The notes below the pieces were generated by a model. That model searched no databases, was not told the DNA's origin, and saw only the letters and a program-made list of their open reading frames with translations. The translations under genes and the position numbers were made by a program. From a virus, in UHGV virus genome UHGV-0176771: DNA of 64,000 nucleotides. One strand, written 5' to 3'. Each line of letters begins with the position of its first letter. The stretch's first letter is position 1. Positions 60,096-64,000 of the stretch are shown here, one piece after another.

Positions 60096-60406
60096 CGTAT
60101 TCCTCCAGTCATAATATTTTATATCGTCTATTATAACTGAATAATTTGCTGTTTTCTAGATATATATACTTATTCACTCATGCGTTCTGCATAGGCAAGA
60201 AAATTTTATATATGTAATCTGTTGAGTAAAAACATGTTTTTAATATATAAAATCAATTTTGTATAATAATGTGGACACTTTATAGAGTAACAACATAAAA
60301 TCGAAATTTACCATTGAAAACGCTTTATAACCATACTGAACATACTTTCGATTTTGTTGTGGATAAATTTATAGCTTTCTGGTATCATAAATATTAAGAA
60401 AGAAAA

Positions 60407-61936
60407 ATGGAAGGAGTTATTGTCGTGAATAGGACATATATTGCAATTGATTTGAAAAGCTTTTATGCATCAGTAGAGTGTATAGAACGTGGACTTGATC
60501 CACTGACAACAAATCTAGTTGTTGCTGATAATAGCAGAACAGATAAAACAATTTGTCTTGCAGTAACTCCGTCTTTAAAATCATATGGTGTATCCGGAAG
60601 ACCAAGATTATTTGAAGTAGTACAACGTGTAAGAGAAATCAATGCTACAAGATTGTATAACTTAAGAAAACGTGAATTCTCTGGTTTCTCCTATAATAAG
60701 AAAGAATTGGATGATAATTTAAATCTAAAACTTGATTATATTGTAGCTCCTCCTAGAATGTCGTTTTACATGGAATACAGTACCAGAATCTATAATATTT
60801 ATTTAAAATATATTGCTCCAGAAGATATCCATGTATATTCTATTGATGAAGTGTTTATAGATGTAACTTCTTATTTAAATACGTATGGGTTATCTGCAAA
60901 AGAATTGGTACAGAAAATTATACTGGATGTGCTGCATGAAACGGGAATTACAGCAACCGCAGGTATTGGAACGAATTTGTATTTGGCTAAGATTGCTATG
61001 GATGTTGTAGCAAAGCATATTCCTGCTGATGAACACGGTGTAAGAATTGCAGAACTGGACGAAATATCTTACAGAAAACAATTGTGGGATCATAGACCGT
61101 TGACTGATTTTTGGCGTATTGGAAGAGGATATACAAAAAAGTTGGAATCTGTTGGGTTATATACAATGGGAGATATTGCAAGATGTTCTCTTGGAAAAGA
61201 GGAGGATTATTATAATGAGGACTTGCTGCGTAGAATGTTTGGCAAGAATACAGAACTTTTGATTGATCATGCTTGGGGATGGGAGCCTGTTACGATTGCA
61301 GATATTAAAGCATATAAGCCGGAGAGTAATAGTATTGGAAGTGGACAGGTTTTACACTGTGGAACTGATTTTGATAAAACGAAAATTATTGTGCGTGAAA
61401 TGACCGAGATATTGGTCTTAGATTTGGTTAGTAAAAATCTTGTAACGGATCAGATTGTATTAACGATTGGCTACGATAGAGAAAATCTATTAGATTCTTC
61501 CAGAATGAGTAAGTATAAGGGAGAGTTCTCTTTTGATCAATATGGGAGAAAAATTCCAAAACATGCTCATGGAACAGCAAATTTAGATAGTTATACGTCT
61601 TCTACTAGCGTGATTGTAAGAGCTGTGCTTGATTTGTTCAGTAGAATTGTAGACGAAAATTTACTTGTCAGAAGAATCAATATGTCTGCAAATCATGTGA
61701 TCAGCGAAAAGGAAGCGAAACAGGATAGATATGAACAGCTTAATTTATTTGATATGATTGCTGAAAAGGAAGATGCAGTAGACCAGGAACAACTTAAAAA
61801 AGAAAAAGATATTCAGAAAGCTATCTTGGATATCAAGAAAAAATTTGGGAAAAATGCAATTTTAAAAGGCATGAGTCTACAAGAAGGAGCTACTGCAATA
61901 GATAGGAATAATCAAATTGGTGGACATAAAGCATAG
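60407..61936 (+). CDS. Y-family (UmuC/DinB-like) translesion DNA polymerase
   Basis: IAIDLKSFYASVE and SIDEVFIDVT catalytic motifs. 509 aa. Confidence 0.85.
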   Translation: MEGVIVVNRTYIAIDLKSFYASVECIERGLDPLTTNLVVADNSRTDKTICLAVTPSLKSYGVSGRPRLFEVVQRVREINATRLYNLRKREFSGFSYNKKELDDNLNLKLDYIVAPPRMSFYMEYSTRIYNIYLKYIAPEDIHVYSIDEVFIDVTSYLNTYGLSAKELVQKIILDVLHETGITATAGIGTNLYLAKIAMDVVAKHIPADEHGVRIAELDEISYRKQLWDHRPLTDFWRIGRGYTKKLESVGLYTMGDIARCSLGKEEDYYNEDLLRRMFGKNTELLIDHAWGWEPVTIADIKAYKPESNSIGSGQVLHCGTDFDKTKIIVREMTEILVLDLVSKNLVTDQIVLTIGYDRENLLDSSRMSKYKGEFSFDQYGRKIPKHAHGTANLDSYTSSTSVIVRAVLDLFSRIVDENLLVRRINMSANHVISEKEAKQDRYEQLNLFDMIAEKEDAVDQEQLKKEKDIQKAILDIKKKFGKNAILKGMSLQEGATAIDRNNQIGGHKA

Positions 61937-61945
61937 GAGTGTGTT

Positions 61946-62374
61946 ATGGGTAAATACGATGATATTATTGATCTGCCACATTTTGTCTCTAAAAAATATC
62001 CTCAAATGAGTATGCGAGATAGAGCTGCTCAATTTTCTCCATTTGCTGCATTGACAGGTTATGATGCTGCGATAAAAGAAACTGCTAGATTAACAGATAA
62101 AAGGATTGAATTTGATGAGGATGTTTTAGATAGGCTGAATGAGAGATTGAGCATTTTAAGAAAATGTTTAGATGACGGTGATGTTGATCCGGATGTCAGG
62201 ATCACATATTTTGAAAAAGATTTAAAGAAAGATGGTGGAAAGTATATTACAATGAGTGGGAGAGTGAAGAAGGTACACGAATACAGAAATGTTGTAATAT
62301 TTGAAAATGGAACTGAGGTACCGGTTCATGATATTAGTGATATAGATGGGGATATATTTAATAAATATTATTGA
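61946..62374 (+). CDS. yolD: YolD-like protein (accessory partner of Y-family polymerases in Firmicute prophages)
   Basis: 142 aa immediately downstream of the polymerase. RDRAAQFSPFAALTGYD resembles the YolD RGNxKWxPFxMPEH region. Confidence 0.5.
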   Translation: MGKYDDIIDLPHFVSKKYPQMSMRDRAAQFSPFAALTGYDAAIKETARLTDKRIEFDEDVLDRLNERLSILRKCLDDGDVDPDVRITYFEKDLKKDGGKYITMSGRVKKVHEYRNVVIFENGTEVPVHDISDIDGDIFNKYY

Positions 62375-63344
62375 AGGTATTGGATGATTATAGGGTGATT
62401 ATGAATAATAGCAGTTGGTTCTTAAGGACTTATCTTAGGAATTGGCTGCTTATTTTTTTGTGTCAGTAATTTTGAAAATATGGCACTTCGGTAGAGAGGT
62501 AATTTTGTGTAATGTTTTTATACCGGGGGATGCCAGTATTTATGTGGGTACACTGAGGGATAAGGCGACGTGGTTTTCTGGATTTTGATAGTGTGTTTTA
62601 TATGTAATTTTTTGGAATATAAGTTGAGTTCGGGAAAATGCAGTAACGGCAAGAGTTTGTTTGGGGTTTGAATGGATATTGTGGTGGATTTTGGTTATTT
62701 TTGGACTGTTTAGAATGGTAGAAATGCAGTGTTTATGCTTTGTTGGTCGAGAGAGTTCCCGAAGTATTTTTGGGTAATTTTGGGGATTTTTAAAGTGGGA
62801 GATGAAAATTTTGATGTGGAAATCGGAGGTCGAAATTTTGGTAGTGAGGTGTGGATAGAACCCATACCTGCTATATTTGATATATAACATACGTCAAAAA
62901 TGTTTAATACCGCCCCTATTATGGAATAGCATAATACTACACTATTATACTATTTTATGGACTTTTGCACATTCACAATTTCTGCAATTTTTTTTGATTG
63001 CGAAGATCTGAAAACAGGGGGCGGGATATAGGGATTTTATGGACAATATGAGCGTTTTGAACAGGTGTTTTGCGTGGCAGCGACAGTTCTTTACGGGCGG
63101 TAAAATCTATGGACTGCTGAAGGATTCCTGGAAGTTCGGAATTTTAGTGAAAAATTTTAATAATAAAATAGTAATCATTACTAACAATAAAAATGCTCAA
63201 ATTACATAATATAGCTTGCGCAACTATACTATATAGTATTGCATATAACTACACGTAGTTTTTAATACTACGTATAAACTTATCCACATCATGTGTATAA
63301 CTATGCAATAATTTGTGTATAAATATACACGTGAATATATACAT

Positions 63345-63378
63345 ACAAAAAAATAGCGGCGTGACAAGTCACCGCTAC
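63345..63378 (-). terminator. Rho-independent terminator for the small minus-strand gene
   Basis: TAGCGGCGTGAC-AA-GTCACCGCTA hairpin followed by a 7-nt U-run on the minus strand. Confidence 0.5.
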
Positions 63379-63395
63379 TATAATAAAATTTTAAT

Positions 63396-63533
63396 TTAAT
63401 CTTCTAAATCCTGCTGAATATCTTCTAACATTGCATCCAATTTCTTTTCACGTTCTTTTTCTGTACAAGTTTTTAACTCTTCTAAATCTCTTTTAAACCT
63501 ACGTAGCCACGCTTTCCATTGTTTATCTGTCAT
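63396..63533 (-). CDS. Small charged protein (45 aa), below the ORF-track cutoff
   Basis: MTDKQWKAWLRRFKRDLEELKTCTEKEREKKLDAMLEDIQQDLED. GGAGG-like RBS. Followed by a terminator. Confidence 0.3.
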   Translation of the reverse strand: MTDKQWKAWLRRFKRDLEELKTCTEKEREKKLDAMLEDIQQDLED

Positions 63534-63645
63534 ACTTAATACCTCCATTCTGATTCCCTCCATTCTTTTCTGTCAGCACTTGTCATTGCCAACTATAATT
63601 ATTATAACACTAAAAACAGTGCAAAGTCAAGCACTAAAATTAGTG

Positions 63646-63873
63646 TCAGAAGTATTTTACCTTTTCCTCTTCCGTCGGTACAATCTCGATTATATCCGAT
63701 GGTTGACATCTTAAAATAAGACAGATCGTATTGATTGTATCAGTAGTAATGCCTTTACCTTGCCGTATGTTTTGCATAGTAGCCTGACTCATAATTTTAT
63801 CTTTTCGCAGTTTACTTGTATTGTATCCATGATCTGACAATGATTTTAATATATCTATTTTATATTTAAACAT
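63646..63873 (-). CDS. XRE/Cro-CI-type helix-turn-helix transcriptional regulator (75 aa)
   Basis: MSQATMQNIRQGKGITTDTINTICLILRCQPSDIIE helix-turn-helix pattern. Confidence 0.65.
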   Translation of the reverse strand: MFKYKIDILKSLSDHGYNTSKLRKDKIMSQATMQNIRQGKGITTDTINTICLILRCQPSDIIEIVPTEEEKVKYF

Positions 63874-64000
63874 GACGTATACAATCCTTTGCTTATTACT
63901 ATATAGGTATTATAGCATAGATTGACATTGATTTAAAGGCGTAGTAATAATAACGTATTACTTCCTATTATATGCGTTTTAAAAGTAAAGTATAGCCATA

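Noticed and set aside
62540-62890. 116-aa minus-strand ORF inside the GT-skewed region
   Set aside because: Low-complexity, His/Lys/Thr-rich translation that follows from the strand skew. No RBS. Treated as non-coding.

Overview
Low-GC (roughly 30-35% GC, Firmicutes-like) window that reads as part of a large temperate siphovirus/prophage of the SPbeta-like kind. Minus strand, ~38.8 kb down to 1: a virion morphogenesis block (putative small terminase, large terminase, portal, scaffold-like, major capsid, connector, tail tube, tape-measure-like proteins, Dit, Tal, partial tail fibre). The tail block is interrupted by a ~4.9 kb accessory island (14.86-19.75 kb) with opposite-strand cargo: a Zn-ribbon protein plus an HExxH metallopeptidase-like protein, a small-gene + GNAT acetyltransferase pair, and other small ORFs. 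To the right: a tRNA-Thr, a tyrosine integrase, and tail-fibre-like proteins (one fused to an SGNH hydrolase). Then a very acidic Cys-rich protein, HU, a metallophosphoesterase and a PIN-PhoH protein. An ORF-free RNA-gene region follows (tRNA-Gln, a degenerate tRNA-like element, ~1 kb of structured non-coding DNA). Next is a YonO-like single-subunit RNA polymerase candidate, recognised by its double-psi beta-barrel catalytic motif. An IS200/IS605-family TnpB-only element sits between it and a UvrD-like helicase + unknown-partner operon. A triplicated 23-30 bp motif flanks this whole block. Finally a Y-family polymerase + YolD-like cassette, a GT-skewed ORF-free region, operator-like palindromes and an XRE-type HTH regulator. 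All calls are from reading sequence and the ORF track; no database searches were possible.
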